Below, piece after piece: positions 22,901 to 35,839 of a stretch of DNA of 64,000 nucleotides. Location of the stretch: NCBI GenBank assembly GCA_028826165.1, contig JAPDFW010000054.1, positions 558,001 through 622,000 of the forward strand, in the 5' to 3' direction. The position numbers were made by a program, and so were the translations under genes. The notes beneath the pieces are model-generated. The model was not told where the DNA came from, did not search any database, and saw only the letters and a list, made by a program, of their open reading frames with translations. The DNA comes from Anaeramoeba ignava BMAN (lineage: Eukaryota > Protista > Anaeramoebae). Each line of letters starts with the position of its first letter. The stretch's first letter is position 1.

Positions 22901-25900
22901 TTAATTTAAATCAAGTATTGAATTTTCATTTAATTGATAATAATCTTTAATATCTTCTAATTCCTCTGTTATTTTTTGAGTAATTTCTTTTTCATTATCA
23001 AATTCATCATGATAAAGAAAATAAATTAATTGTTTGAATTGTTTCAAATGATTTTCCTGAATAATCATGAACTCTATTAGATGAGTCTTGAACATTTAAT
23101 TGAAACATTCCTTTAAATAATTCACTTCTTAAAATCAATATCAATTTATGAACTTTGATCTCTTTCTCTTCTTCACAAATGATTGTAAAATCTTTTGTTG
23201 ATTCTTGTTGATATAATTTTGATAAATCTTTTAAAATTCCTTTTCTTCCTTTTTTTGATTGAATCCAATTTAAATCAAATCCAATTTCTTTAAAAAATTC
23301 TTCAATTGTTTTGTTTTTTTCTTGAAATGATTCAAAAACCAATTTTTCTTCTGGGTTTGATATGTGAAAAAAGATGTTTAATCTTTTTGGGGGATTTTGT
23401 GTGTTTTTGTTTGATTCCTCATTTAAGATTTGCTGTATTTGAACAAAATCAGGAAATCCTGAATAAAGGAAATTAAGAACAATTTGAACATCTTCTTTGG
23501 ATCTCCGAGAGCAATTATTTATAAATTTTTGGATAGTTTCATTATTGTTATCAAATCTTGTTAAAATTATCAATCTATGAACCTTGAAAATTGTTGAATC
23601 GTTTGATTTAATTTGTAAATCTGAAAAATCATTTAAATTTAATAGTTTGCTCATATCTTCGTTAATTGAATAAATTCTGAGAGAATATTCGCACGAATTG
23701 TGTTTTAATTTGGTTTGTCTTCAGACTAAATATATTTGCATCATTCAATAATAGTATTTTAATTAACTTTTCTTTTTCTTTTTCGGTTATTATTGAAAGT
23801 GCTGTTTCTCCTCTCAAATTTTCTATATCAATTTCAGCACCTTTTTCAATCAAATAAGAAATCAATTGAACTGAACCACGAAACTGACAACTTAAATGTA
23901 AAGGTGTATCATTTCTTGTTGTTTTTTGGTTTATATCAACTCCTTTTTCAACCAAAAATTGAACAATTTTGAATACATTTCTTTTGCAAGCAAAATGCAA
24001 AACGTTTTCTTTTCTTTTTGTTTTTGAATCAATATTAGCTCCTTTTTTTATCAAATATTTAATAATCTCAAGTGAATGCCTTTGACAAGCTAAATGTAAA
24101 GGAGTTTCATCCTCTTCCGATTTTGCATTAATATAAGCTCCTTTTTTAACCAAAAATTTTATCACCTCAAGAGAATTGCCAAAATTGCAAGCCATATGTA
24201 GAGGTGTTAGATTTCGATCTGTTTTTGCATTGATATCAATTCCTTTTCCAATTAATAAATTTATAATTTCAACAGATGATATCCTTTTACAAGCAAAATG
24301 TAAAATAGTTTCATTCATATTTGTTTTTGCATTTATATTAGCACCTTTATCAATCAAATACTCAATAACTTGGATTGATGAATCTCTTCCCAAAGCCAAA
24401 TGCAAAGGGGTTTCTTTTCGTCTTGTCTGTGCATTAATATCAGCTCCATTTTCAATCAAAATTCGAATCATTTCAATTAAACCATTTCCACAAGCAAAAA
24501 ATAAAGGTGTTTCTTCTCTGTCTGTTTTTGCTTCAATATCAGCTCCTTTTTCAATTAACAATTCGACTATTCTCGCAGATGAATGATGTCTGCATGCAAT
24601 ATGTAAAGGTGTTTCATTCTGAATTGTTTTTGAGTTGATATCAATTCCTTTCTCAATCAATAATTTGATCGCTTTCTCTGAATTTCTAAAACAAGCCAAA
24701 TGCAAGGCTGTTTCTTCTCGATCTGCCTTTGCATGAATATCAGCACCTTTTTCAATCAAATACTTGATTATTTTCTCTGAATTTTTGAAAGAAGCCAAAT
24801 GTAAAACTGATTTTGTCTCAGTTTTTTTTGCATTTACATCCATTCCTTTTTCAACCAAATATTTGATCACTTCAAATGAATTCTCATTATAACAAGCAAT
24901 ATGTAAAGCTGTCTCATCTTCAGTATTTTTTGTGTGAATATCGATTCCTTTTTCAACCAGATACGTGATAATTTCAATTGATAGAATGTTTCTGCAAGCG
25001 ATATGCAAAGCTGTTTCATTTTCTATTGTTAATACGTTAATATCGATTCCTTTCTCAATTAAATATTTGATCACTTCAAGTGAATTATGTTGGCAAGCAA
25101 TATGCAAAGCTGTTTCATTTTTCGATGTTTTTGCGTTAATATTAATCCCTTTTTCAATTAAGTATTTAATAACATCAAAAAAATTTCTTTGGCAGGCTAG
25201 ATGCAAAGATGTATCTTGATATATTGTTAATGCATTAATATCAGCTCCTTTTTCAACCAAATATTTGATCACTTCAAATGAATTCTCATTATAGCAAGCA
25301 TTATATAAAGCTGTCTCATATAGATTGTTTTTTGTGTGAATGTCGATTCCTTCTTCGACTAGATACTTAACTACCTCAAGTTTTGGATTATGTTGGCAAA
25401 CAAAATGCAAAGCTGTTTCATTTTCTGTTGTTAATGCTTTAATATCGATTCCTTTTTCAACTAAATATTTGATAATTTCCAACGATAATTGATTTTGGCA
25501 AGCAAAATGTAAAGTTGATTCATTTTTTTTTGTTAATGCATTTATATCAGCACCTTTTTCAATCAAGTATTTTATACTCTCAAGAGAATTTGTTTGGCAG
25601 GCATCATGCAAAGCTGTTTCATTTCTTGATCCTCTTGAGTTAATATCAATTCCTTTTCTCAATTAAGTATTTAATAACTTCCAAGGTGTTGTGTTGACAA
25701 GCAATATGAAAAGCTGTTTGTTCCAACCATGTTTTTTCATGAATATCAATTCCTCTCTCAACCAAATATTCAATAACTTCAAAAGAATTATGTTGGCAAG
25801 CAAAATGCAAAGCGGTTTGATTTTTTGATGTTTTCGCATGAATATCAGCTCCTTTCTCAATCAAGTATTTAATTACTTCAAATGAGTTTTTTTGGCAAGC

Positions 25901-26719
25901 AAAATGCAAAGGTGAATGATTATCAATAGTTTTTGAATTAACATCAACTCCTTTTTCAACCAAATATTTAATCACTTCAAATGAATTTTCTTGGCAAGCT
26001 AAGTGTAAAGAAGTATATTTCCCATCAGTTTTTTCATTAATATCCATTCCTTTTTCAACTAAATATTTTATCACTTCAACAGAATTTTCTTTACAAGCTA
26101 GGTGTAAATGGGTATGATTTCCTTTCAATTTTGCATTAATATCAGCTCCTTTTTCAATCAAATATTTTATCACTTCAACAGAATTTTTTTTACAAGCAAA
26201 ATATAAAGGAGTTCCATGTCTTGATCCTTTTGAGTTAATATCAATTCCTTTTTCAACAAAGTATTTTATCACTTCAATAGAGTTATTTTGGCAAGCTAAA
26301 TGCAAAAGATTTCTATTTTGTATTGTTTTTTCATGGATATCAGCTCCTTTTTCAATCAAATACTTTATAATTTCAACAGAATTCTCTTTTTTTAAATAAA
26401 TAACTGCACTTTGAATAATCCTTTCTTTCTTTTTATCAATTGAATTCAAATCAACATCTTTTTCAATTAAAATTTTGATAATTTCAAATTCTGAATTATT
26501 AACTAAAGCAAATTGCAATGAATTTCTTGCTAAATCATCAACTGAATTTGGATTTGCATTTTTTTCAAGTAAAAGTTGAATCATTTCTTTTGATACTTTA
26601 TTTTCAATTGCAAAATTTAAAATTGGTTTTCCATTTTTTAATAAATAATTTTGAGGAATAATTTCAATTTTTTTTAACGATTCAATATCATTTTTTTGAA
26701 TAATTTCCCAAATATCCAT
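22901..26719 (-). CDS. Long ankyrin-repeat (~28-30 repeats) + tandem BTB protein (frameshifts near 25655, 23678 and 23035)
   Basis: Repeated ETALHxAC...EVIKYLIEKGxDINAK units. C-terminal FSDLQIK...VHRLIILTR and VHKLILILRSELFKGMF...DYYQLN. Four ORFs join by single-base shifts. Confidence 0.88.
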
Positions 26720-26881
26720 TTATAAAATAAATTTTTAAATTTTTTTTTTTGGAATGAAAGTTTTATTTTCTTTCTTTCTTTTTTTTTAAAACAGAAAAAA
26801 AAAAATGAAAAAAAAAAATTTAAATTTCTTTTTGTTTTTTCATAATCTTAACGCTTTTTAAATCTAAATTATGAATAAAAA

Positions 26882-28389
26882 TCATAAAATTATGCAACAT
26901 TGATTTTGTTTTTTTGCTGTTCGATAAAATTGTTTTGAAGAATTGCTTAAAATTTCTGAACGATCAATTAAAGTATCAAGTTTTTCTCCTCTTTCTAAAG
27001 CACTTTCAATTGTATCTCTCTTTTAATTTTTATTTAAAAAAATTTTTTTAAATTTTTTAATTTTTTAATTTTTTAATTTATTTTTTTACAATTATAATTT
27101 TTGTTTCATCTAATTCTTTTTGAATTTTTGTTAATTTATCAACACTTTTTGGATCTTGAAATTTTTCAAGATCAGATTCTAAATCAGTTGTATCAAATTT
27201 TTGGTTTTCTTTATCCCAAACTTTTCTATTTTTAAATTAATTTTAAATTTATAAATTAATTTTAATTTTATAAATTAATTTTAATTTTAATTTTAATTTT
27301 AATTTAAATTTAATTTTAATTTTAATTTTAATTTTAATATTAATTTTGATTTTAATTTTATAAATTAATTTTAATTATAATTTTAATTTTAATTTTAATT
27401 TTAATTTTAATTTTAATTTTAATTTTAATTATAATTTTAATTTTAATTTTAATTTTAATTTTATATATTAATTTTAATTTTGATTATAATATTAATTTTG
27501 ATTTTGATTTTAATTTTAATATTAATTTTGGTTTTAATTTTGATTTAAATATTAATTTTAATATTAATTTTAATTTTATAAATGAATTTAATTTTAATTA
27601 TAATTTTAATTTTAATTTTAATTTTATAATTTTGATTTTTAATTTTAATTATAATTTTAATTTTAATTAATTTTGATTTTTAATTTTAATTTTAATTTTA
27701 ATTTTAATTTTAATTTTAATTTTAATTTTAAATTTAATTTTAATTTTAATTTTAATTATAATTTTAATTTTAATTTTAATTATAATTTTAATTTTAATTT
27801 TAATTTTAATTTTAATTTAAATATTAATTTTAATTATAATTTTAATTTTAATTTTAATTTTAATATTAATTTTAATTTTAATTTTAATTTCAATTTCAAT
27901 TTTAATATTAATTTTAATTTTAATTTTATAAATTAATTTTAATTTTATAAATGAATTTAATTTTAATTTTGATTTAAATATTAATTTTAATTTTATAAAT
28001 GAATTTTAATTTGAATTTTAATTTTATAAATGAATTTTAATTTTATAAATGAATTTTAATATTTACGAATATTTTGAAGCGAAATCATCCATAATTTTAT
28101 TAACAAAAGAAAAAGCAACACGAGAAGGATATTCTTTATCACAAATAGCAGCACCAGATAAACCATCATATCTAACAAAAGCATGACAAATATAATCATT
28201 TTCAGCAACTGATTGTCTTTGAGAAGTTTTTGTTCTTTCAATAATTGTAGAACTAAAAAAAACTGCCCATTGTTTAACTGTACTTCGTTGAAAAAATCCA
28301 AATGATGAAACATCAAATACTTTCGCTAATACTTTTGGTGTTTTTTCATCTGATGGCCATCTGAATAAAATTGCAGAAATTATTTTCAT
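26882..28389 (-). CDS. YKT6: Longin R-SNARE Ykt6, 3 exons
   Basis: [11 protein letters not shown] longin domain and EYPSRVAF. Introns 27226-28066 and 27020-27089 give [21 protein letters not shown]...LERGEKLD and the C-terminus [10 protein letters not shown]. Confidence 0.95.
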
Positions 28390-28582
28390 TTTCTTTGTTT
28401 TTAAAAAATAATTAAAAGTTAGAACAATAAAAAAAAATAATTAAAAAAAAATAAAAAAATGAAAAAAAAAATCAAAAAAAATTTTTTTAAATAACAAAAT
28501 TAAAAAACGTTTTTTTTTTTTTTCTCCTTTTTCTTCTTTTCATTTTTTCTTCTTTTCTTTTCTTTCTTTAATTAATTAATTA

Positions 28583-30429
28583 ATGTTTTTTTCTTTATTT
28601 TTCTTTTTTTTTAATTCAATTTTCTTTTATTCAAACTTGTATTGATCCAACTTCTTCAAATACACTTGAAGAATTTATTGAATGTCTTACAGAAAATTAT
28701 GCTGAACCAAATTCATTAACAACATGGAGTGCAAATTCACAACTTATTCAAGAATTTGTTAATACAGCAATTAAAATGTTAAGTGAAGAAGATTGTTCAT
28801 CAATTGATATTCAATCTCTTTCTCAACAATCTGATTATCAATTAGTTTATTTTTATGATCATGATTCTTTTCATCATTATTGTATTCTTTATGAAGTTTC
28901 TCAATCAACTGGTTTAGGAACATTTGTTGTTAACTTGGCTGTAGATTATCAAATTATTTATAAAATTATTTATAAAATTATTTATAAAATTATTTATAAA
29001 ATTATTTATAAAATTATTTATAAAATTATTTATAAAATTATTTATAAAATTATTTATAAAATTATTTATAAAATTATTTATAAAATTATTTATAAAATTA
29101 TTTATAAAATTATTTATAAAATTATTTATAAAATTATTTATAAAATTATTTATAAAATTATTTATAAAATTATTTATAAAATTATTTATATATTTATTTA
29201 TAAAATTATTTATAAAATTATTTATAAAATTATTTATATATTTATTTATATATTTATTTATAAATTTAATTATAAAATTATTTATTTATAAAATTATTTA
29301 TTTATTTATTTTATTATATTTATTTATAAAATTTATTTATATATTTATTTTTATATATTTATTTTATAAATTTATTTATATATTTAATTATATATTTATT
29401 TATATATTTATACATTTATTTATATATTTATTTATATATTTATTTATATATTTATTTATATATTTATTTATTTATTTATTTGTTTATTTATTTATATATT
29501 TATTTATATATTTATTTATATATTTATTTATATATTTATTTATATATTTATTTTTATTTATTTATATATTTATTTATTTATTTATTTATATATTTATTTA
29601 TATATTTATTTATTTATTTATATATTTATTTATATATTTATTAAAATTATTTATAAAAAAAAAGGGAACAATTCCAGTATCAATTGGAATACCACATCCT
29701 ATTTATGATTCTAACACTGAACTTCAAGGAGCAGGAGTTTTCAAAAAATCAGGAGCACAAACATTATTAATATCAGGAATAATAAGAAACGCATGTAATC
29801 AAACATCAGAATGCCAAAGTGGATATTATGTAACTGATCCAGCACATAATATTAATAACGGATTTTTCGAAGTTGTAATGATGTTAAAAGAATATTACGA
29901 ACAAAACAATCTACCATTACTTCATCTTCAATTACACGGAATGTCTGAAGCTTCTTGTTCTGATATTGATGTTCTTTTATCTTCAGGTCTTAAAATCAAG
30001 CCTGATAATAATTCATTTTTAAGTAAATTCACTTCGCAATTAAGAACTCAAGTTGATTCACTTGATGATCCTTGGTTTATTTTTTTATATCAAGATGACA
30101 CTTTACATGACTCTTGTGATTTGTATGGTACTTCAAATACTGAAGGTCGTGGACTCAATGGTGTTGATTCAAGTCTTGTTTGTTCTACTAGTTCTTCTTT
30201 TATTTCTCATTCTTTTATTCATGCTGAACAAAAATATTTTATTCGTCAAAATCGTTCTTATGATTTGTTTTGGGCAAATGCTTTAAAATATTCTTACTCT
30301 TCTGTTTATTGTCTTCCTATTCGTGATAATGTTGGAGGTTCTTGTCTTGTTGTTGATTCTTCTTCTCTCATTAATTTCTCACAATTTTTATTTTTATTTA
30401 TATTTTTTATATTTTTTATATTTTTATAA
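28583..30429 (+). CDS. Secreted/GPI-anchored Cys-containing protein with putative Zn-hydrolase motifs; 2 exons
   Basis: Hydrophobic N-terminus MFFSLFFF.. (1-nt homopolymer shift near 28610); intron 28941-29664; motifs [33 protein letters not shown]; hydrophobic C-terminus ..[23 protein letters not shown]. Confidence 0.7.
28950..29650. repeat. Intronic 12-mer (TATAAAATTATT)n grading into (TATTTATTTATA)n
   Basis: Directly visible; it explains the spurious (IIYK)n translation. Confidence 0.95.
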
Positions 30430-30492
30430 ATTTCAACAAAATTATTTCAAACATGATTTTGATTTATTTAAAATTATTTCAACAAAATTATT

Positions 30493-31599
30493 TCAAACAT
30501 GATTTTTCTTGAAATTTTCAACAAAATCATCAATAAGTACAGGCCAATAACTTAATGGATCATAATTATTTAAATTTGAATCAAATTCTTGAAAAAAATC
30601 AAAAGTTAATTCCCAAGTATCATAAGTTATACTTTTAATTTGATCTTTTATTTTCTTGTTTTTGTTGTTTTTTTTTTTGAAATTAAATTTAAAACAAAAT
30701 AATTATTTTTAATTTAATTTTTAATTTAATTTTTAACTTACATCAATAAATTTTATCCAATTTCTTGCAATTTCTGAAGTTTCGGAAAAAATTTTTTGCC
30801 AAATTTCAAAAGCAAAATCAATTTCTAAAACAAAAAATTTTAATACAAATCTTATTTTGAAAAATTAATTTCTTTAAAAATTTTTACCAATAACTTTTTT
30901 TGGTTCACCAGAACCTAAAGAGAATAAATAAAGATAAAATTTTTTAAAGTCATCTATTGCAGAAACTGATTCTCTAAATTTTGGAATAGCATTTTTCATT
31001 TCTTCTAATGTTTGACAACTTTAAAAAGGAATTCAATTTAAAAAATTCAATTTAAAAAAATTTTTTCTTATTTAAAATTCTTTACGAAAAACTATTCCAT
31101 CCATTTACAAATTCCATTTGAGTTAATTCATTTACTTTTCTTGCTTTAAAATTCCAGAAAATTATATAAATAACTATATCAGAAGGATCTACAAGAAGAT
31201 CTAAAAAGAATTTTTTTATTCCATCTTTTAAAATCAAATTTTTTTTTAAATCTAAATCAAAATTAAAATTAAAATTAAAATCAATATTAAAATTAAAATT
31301 AAAATCAATATTAAAATTAAAATTTAAATTAAAAATAAAATCAAAATTAAATTTAAAATTAAAATCAATATTAAAATTAAAATTTAAATTAAAATTTTTT
31401 AACCTCGATATTTTCCAAATATTTCAATTAAATTTTTATTGGATTCGTTTAAAAGTCTTTCTGTTGGAATTATTTTTGGATCTTTTCTTGGTGGATTTTG
31501 TGAAAAATCTTCTATTAATTCTTGTATTTGAAAATTTCTTTTTTGAAATTCTTGTAAATTAATTTTTGAATTTGATTTAAATTTTTGATTTGTTTTCAT
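30493..31599 (-). CDS. DCN1-like (PONY/cullin-binding) protein, 5 exons, no N-terminal UBA
   Basis: Spliced translation gives DGIKKFFLDLLVDPSD, WNFKA..EFVNGW, FKKFYLYLF, ITYDTWELTFDF, YDPLSYWPVLIDDFVE. First intron 31252-31403. Mostly missing from the ORF track. Confidence 0.88.
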
Positions 31600-31654
31600 T
31601 AATAAAAAATGAAAATTGAAAAATGAAAAAAATGAAAATTGAAAAAAAAAGGAA

Positions 31655-33510
31655 AATTAATTTGGAAATTATATTTTAATTTAAAATAATATTTTGAAAT
31701 AATTTATAAATAAATATTAAATTAAAATTATTTTAAAAAAAGATTTATATTTATTAAAAAAATTGATTATATTTTTAATAATTAAATAATTAAATAATAT
31801 TAATTTAGAAATTATAATTTAATTTAAAATAATATTTTATAATAATTTATAAATAAATATAAAATTAAAATTATTTTAAAAAAAGATTTATATTTATTAA
31901 ATAAATTGATTATAATTTTAATAATTAATTAATTAAATAATATTAATTTGGAAATTATATTTTAATTTAAAATAATATTTTGAAATAATTTATAAATAAA
32001 TATTAAATTAAAATTATTTTAAAAAGATTTATATTTATTAAAAAGTTGATTATAATTTTAATAATTAATTAATTAAATAATATTAATTTGGAAATTATAT
32101 TTTAATTTAAAATAATATTTTAAAATAATTTGTAAATAAATATTAAATTAAAATTATTTTAAAAAGATTTATATTTATTAAATAAAGTTGATTATAATTT
32201 TAATAATTAAATAATTAAATAATATTAATTTGGAAATTATATTTTAATTTAAAATAATATTTTGAAATAATTTATAAATAAATATTAAATTAAAATTATT
32301 TTAAAAAGATTTATATTTATTAAAAAATTGATTATAATTTTATTAATTAAATAATTAAATAATATTAATTTAGAAATTATAATTTAATTTAAAATAATAT
32401 TTTGAAATAATTTATAAATAAATATTAAATTAAAATTATTTTAAAAAAAAGATTTATATTTATTAAATAAATTGATTATAATTTTATTAATTAAATAATT
32501 AATTAATATTAATTTAGAAATTATAATTTAATTTAAAATAATATTTTGAAATAATTTATAAATAAATATTAAATTAAAATTATTTTAAAAAGATTTATAT
32601 TTATTAAAATAAATTGATTATAATTTTAATAATTAAATAATTAAATAATATTTTTTAATAATTTGAAATAATTTGTAAATAAATATTAAATTAAAAATTA
32701 TTTTAAGATTTATTTATTAAAAATTGATTATAATTTTAAATATTAAAAATATTTTATTTTTAATATTTTTAAATAAATAATTAAAATTAAAATTATTTTA
32801 AAAAGATTTATATTTATTAAATAAATTGATTATAAATAATTTGGAAATTAAATTATAATTTAATTTAAAATAATATTTTGAAATAATTTATAAATAAATA
32901 TTAAATTAAAATTATTTTAAAAAGATTTAATTTATTAAAAATTGATTATAATTTTATTAATTAAATTTAATTTGGAAATTATATTTTAATTTAAAAATAA
33001 TATTTTGAAATAATTTATAAATAAATATTAAATTAAAATTATTTTAAAAAGATTTATATTTATTAAAAATAAATTGATTATATTTTTAATAATTAAATAA
33101 TTAAATAATATTAATTTAGAAATTATATTTTAATTTAAAATAATATTTTGAAATAATTTATAAATAAATATTAAATTAAAATTATTTTAAAAAAGATTTA
33201 AATTTATTAAAAAAATTGATTATAATTTTATTAATTAAATAATTAAATAATATTAATTTGGAAATTATATTTTAATTTAAAATAATATTTTGAAATAATT
33301 TATAAATAAATATTAAATTAAAATTATTTTAAAAAAAGATTTATATTTATTAAAAAAATTGATTATATTTTTAATAATTAAATAATTAAATAATATTAAT
33401 TTGGAAATTATATTTTAATTTAAAATAATATTTTAAAAAGATTTATATTTATTAAAAATTGATTTATTTTTATTAATTAAATAATTAAATAATATTAATT
33501 TGGAAAAAAA
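31655..33510. repeat. ~142-144-bp almost pure-AT tandem repeat, ~13 copies
   Basis: TAATTT(G/A)GAAATTATA anchor at 31665, 31808, 31951, 32091, 32233, 32373, 32517 ... 32975, 33119, 33261, 33404. Confidence 0.95.
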
Positions 33511-33711
33511 AATTATTTTAAAAATATTTTAAAATAATTTATTTATTAAAAAAATTTTTCTTTTTATTTTCCATTTTTTTTTAAAATTGAAATGATGAAA
33601 AAAAAATTTTTTTGTTGTAAAAAAATCATTTTTTTTCAATTTTTAATTTGCTAGACAATATATAAAAACAAAAATAAAAAAAAACAAAAACAAACAAACA
33701 AACAAGAAAAA

Positions 33712-35217
33712 ATGACAAAAAGATACTTTGATCAAGATAAACTAACACAAGATTTACGAAAATTATTATTTTCAACTAACAATTTAAGTGATTTTGAAAT
33801 AATAGTAACACAAGCAAATCAAACGGAAACAATATTCAATTGTCATCGGGCGATATTATCATTTCGGAGCAATTATTTTGATGGATTATTCCGCTCCAAA
33901 ATGAAGGAATATCAAGAAGGAAGAGTTTTTTTCAGCGATGTATCACCCGAAGTGATGAAAAATATACTAGATTATATTTATACAGGATCAATTGAAATCA
34001 CTGAAGAAAATGCAGTTGAAATTTTAATTAAATCAAAGCAATTATGTATTGATGAAATTGTGTTTTTCACGTCAAACTTTATTCAACGCAATATAAACAT
34101 CGACAATGTCGTTGAGATTTTAAATATCGCAAGTCAGTTCGACTGCGACCAAGTTTTTAACTACTGTTTCCATTTTATTAAAGACCATTTCCAGCAATTA
34201 ATTGATAATATCGACTCCAATTATTTCCATCTTTCCGAAAAGCATTTGAAAATGTTTTTGGAGCAAAATGATCTCAATGTGGAGCAAGAATTGGACCTTT
34301 TTTACGCCGTTCTCAAATGGTCGCAATTCAATGCAGGGTTGCCTGTTGGGATCGAGAGAGTTCCCAATAACAAACCGACGAAATTTAGTTCCATTTTTTC
34401 AAACGTTATAAAAAAAATCAGATTTTGTGATATTGATCGCAATGAGATTAAAAAAATACACAAAATGGATATCGTTCCCCTCGATATCATGAATGCCGTT
34501 AACATCCTCCATGAAATTAGCACAATATCCCCCGATCCAAACCAATACAAAGAAAAGCTTAAACAGCTTGAAGACGAACAAAGCCAAAAAAACAGTTTAA
34601 TTTTCCAGTCTCGAATTGAACTTTCCAAAAGCTCGATTATCAAGAACCACAAACAGTTTATCCAGGATCTGCGCGGATGGATCAACGACGACCAATTCTT
34701 CATCCACATGCGTCTGGGGTTTTCGGGACAACGCGACACTTTTTCACCTCAAATATTCCACGATAAATGTGATGAAAAGGGAAAGTCACTTGTCATAATC
34801 AAAACATGTGACGGTTACATTTTTGGTGGCTTTACTGAAGTTGGCTGGTCCAAAAATAAGGAAAAGTGGATCACTACCGTTGGTAATGGAGGATTCATTC
34901 GCGATGAGCATGCGTTTATTTTTTCTCTTCTCAATCCCTCAAATTCGCCTGCCCAAATGTTTCCTATTAAAAAAGGCAAAGAGCAATTTGCTATTTTTTG
35001 GAGTAAAAATAGTGGTCCTTGTTTCGGTGGAACTTTTGTTTATGGTCATGATCTTGGTATTTCTGGTGATAAATTCCAGAAGTGTTTTACTAATTTTGGT
35101 CATACTTATCAATATTCAGAGTTACTTCTTAATAAAGGTTATCAAGCTGAAGAATTTCTTGCTGGTAGTTATAGGAATTGGCAGATTGATGAGATTGAGA
35201 TTTTTTACTTGTTTTAA
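33712..35217 (+). CDS. BTB-BACK-TLDc protein
   Basis: SDFEII...CHRAILSFRSNYF (BTB); ELDLFYAVLKW...IRF (BACK); FHDKCDEKGKSLVIIKT..GYIFGGFT..GPCFGG..EIEIF (TLDc). Confidence 0.92.
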   Translation: MTKRYFDQDKLTQDLRKLLFSTNNLSDFEIIVTQANQTETIFNCHRAILSFRSNYFDGLFRSKMKEYQEGRVFFSDVSPEVMKNILDYIYTGSIEITEENAVEILIKSKQLCIDEIVFFTSNFIQRNINIDNVVEILNIASQFDCDQVFNYCFHFIKDHFQQLIDNIDSNYFHLSEKHLKMFLEQNDLNVEQELDLFYAVLKWSQFNAGLPVGIERVPNNKPTKFSSIFSNVIKKIRFCDIDRNEIKKIHKMDIVPLDIMNAVNILHEISTISPDPNQYKEKLKQLEDEQSQKNSLIFQSRIELSKSSIIKNHKQFIQDLRGWINDDQFFIHMRLGFSGQRDTFSPQIFHDKCDEKGKSLVIIKTCDGYIFGGFTEVGWSKNKEKWITTVGNGGFIRDEHAFIFSLLNPSNSPAQMFPIKKGKEQFAIFWSKNSGPCFGGTFVYGHDLGISGDKFQKCFTNFGHTYQYSELLLNKGYQAEEFLAGSYRNWQIDEIEIFYLF

Positions 35218-35344
35218 TTTTTCTTTTCTTTTCTTTTCTTTTCTTTTAGAATTTGGAATTTGGAATTTGGAATTTGGAATTTGGAATTGTTGTTGTTTTT
35301 TTTTTTTTTGATAAACTATAAAAAAATAAAAATCAAAAATATAA

Positions 35345-35800
35345 ACAAAAATTGATTTAAAAATTGGATTAAAAAATTGATTTAAAAATTGATTAAAAAA
35401 TTGGATTAAAAATTGGATTTAAAAATTGATTTAAAAATTGATTTAAAAATTGATTAAAAATTAAATAAAAGTTGATTTAAAAAATTGATTAAAAATCGAT
35501 TAAAAAATTGATTTAAAAATTGATTAAAAATTGATTTAAAAATTGATTTAAAAATTGGAATTAAAAAATGGATTTAAAAATTGGATTAAAAAATTGATTT
35601 AAAAATTGATTAAAAAATTGATTTAAAAATTGATTTAAAAATTGGATTTAAAAATTGATTAAAAATTTAAATAAAAATTGATTAAAAATTAATTTAAAAT
35701 TTAATTAAAAATTGATTAAAAAATTGATTTAAAATTGATTTAAAAATTGATTAGAAATTGATTTAAAAATTGATTTAGAAATCGATTTAGTGATTGAAAA
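35345..35800. repeat. 11-12-mer minisatellite (AAAAATTGATTT)n
   Basis: Directly visible between two convergent genes. Confidence 0.9.
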
Positions 35801-35839
35801 AAAAAATTAATTGAAAAAAGTAAAAGTAAAAGTAATTAA

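Noticed and set aside
26882-26900. Unusual Ykt6 C-terminus CCIIL
   Set aside because: Leu-ending CCaaX tails are within the known range for Ykt6 (e.g. plants).
28950-29291. (IIYK)n repeat protein
   Set aside because: It lies inside the intron 28941-29664; splicing restores a coherent protein.
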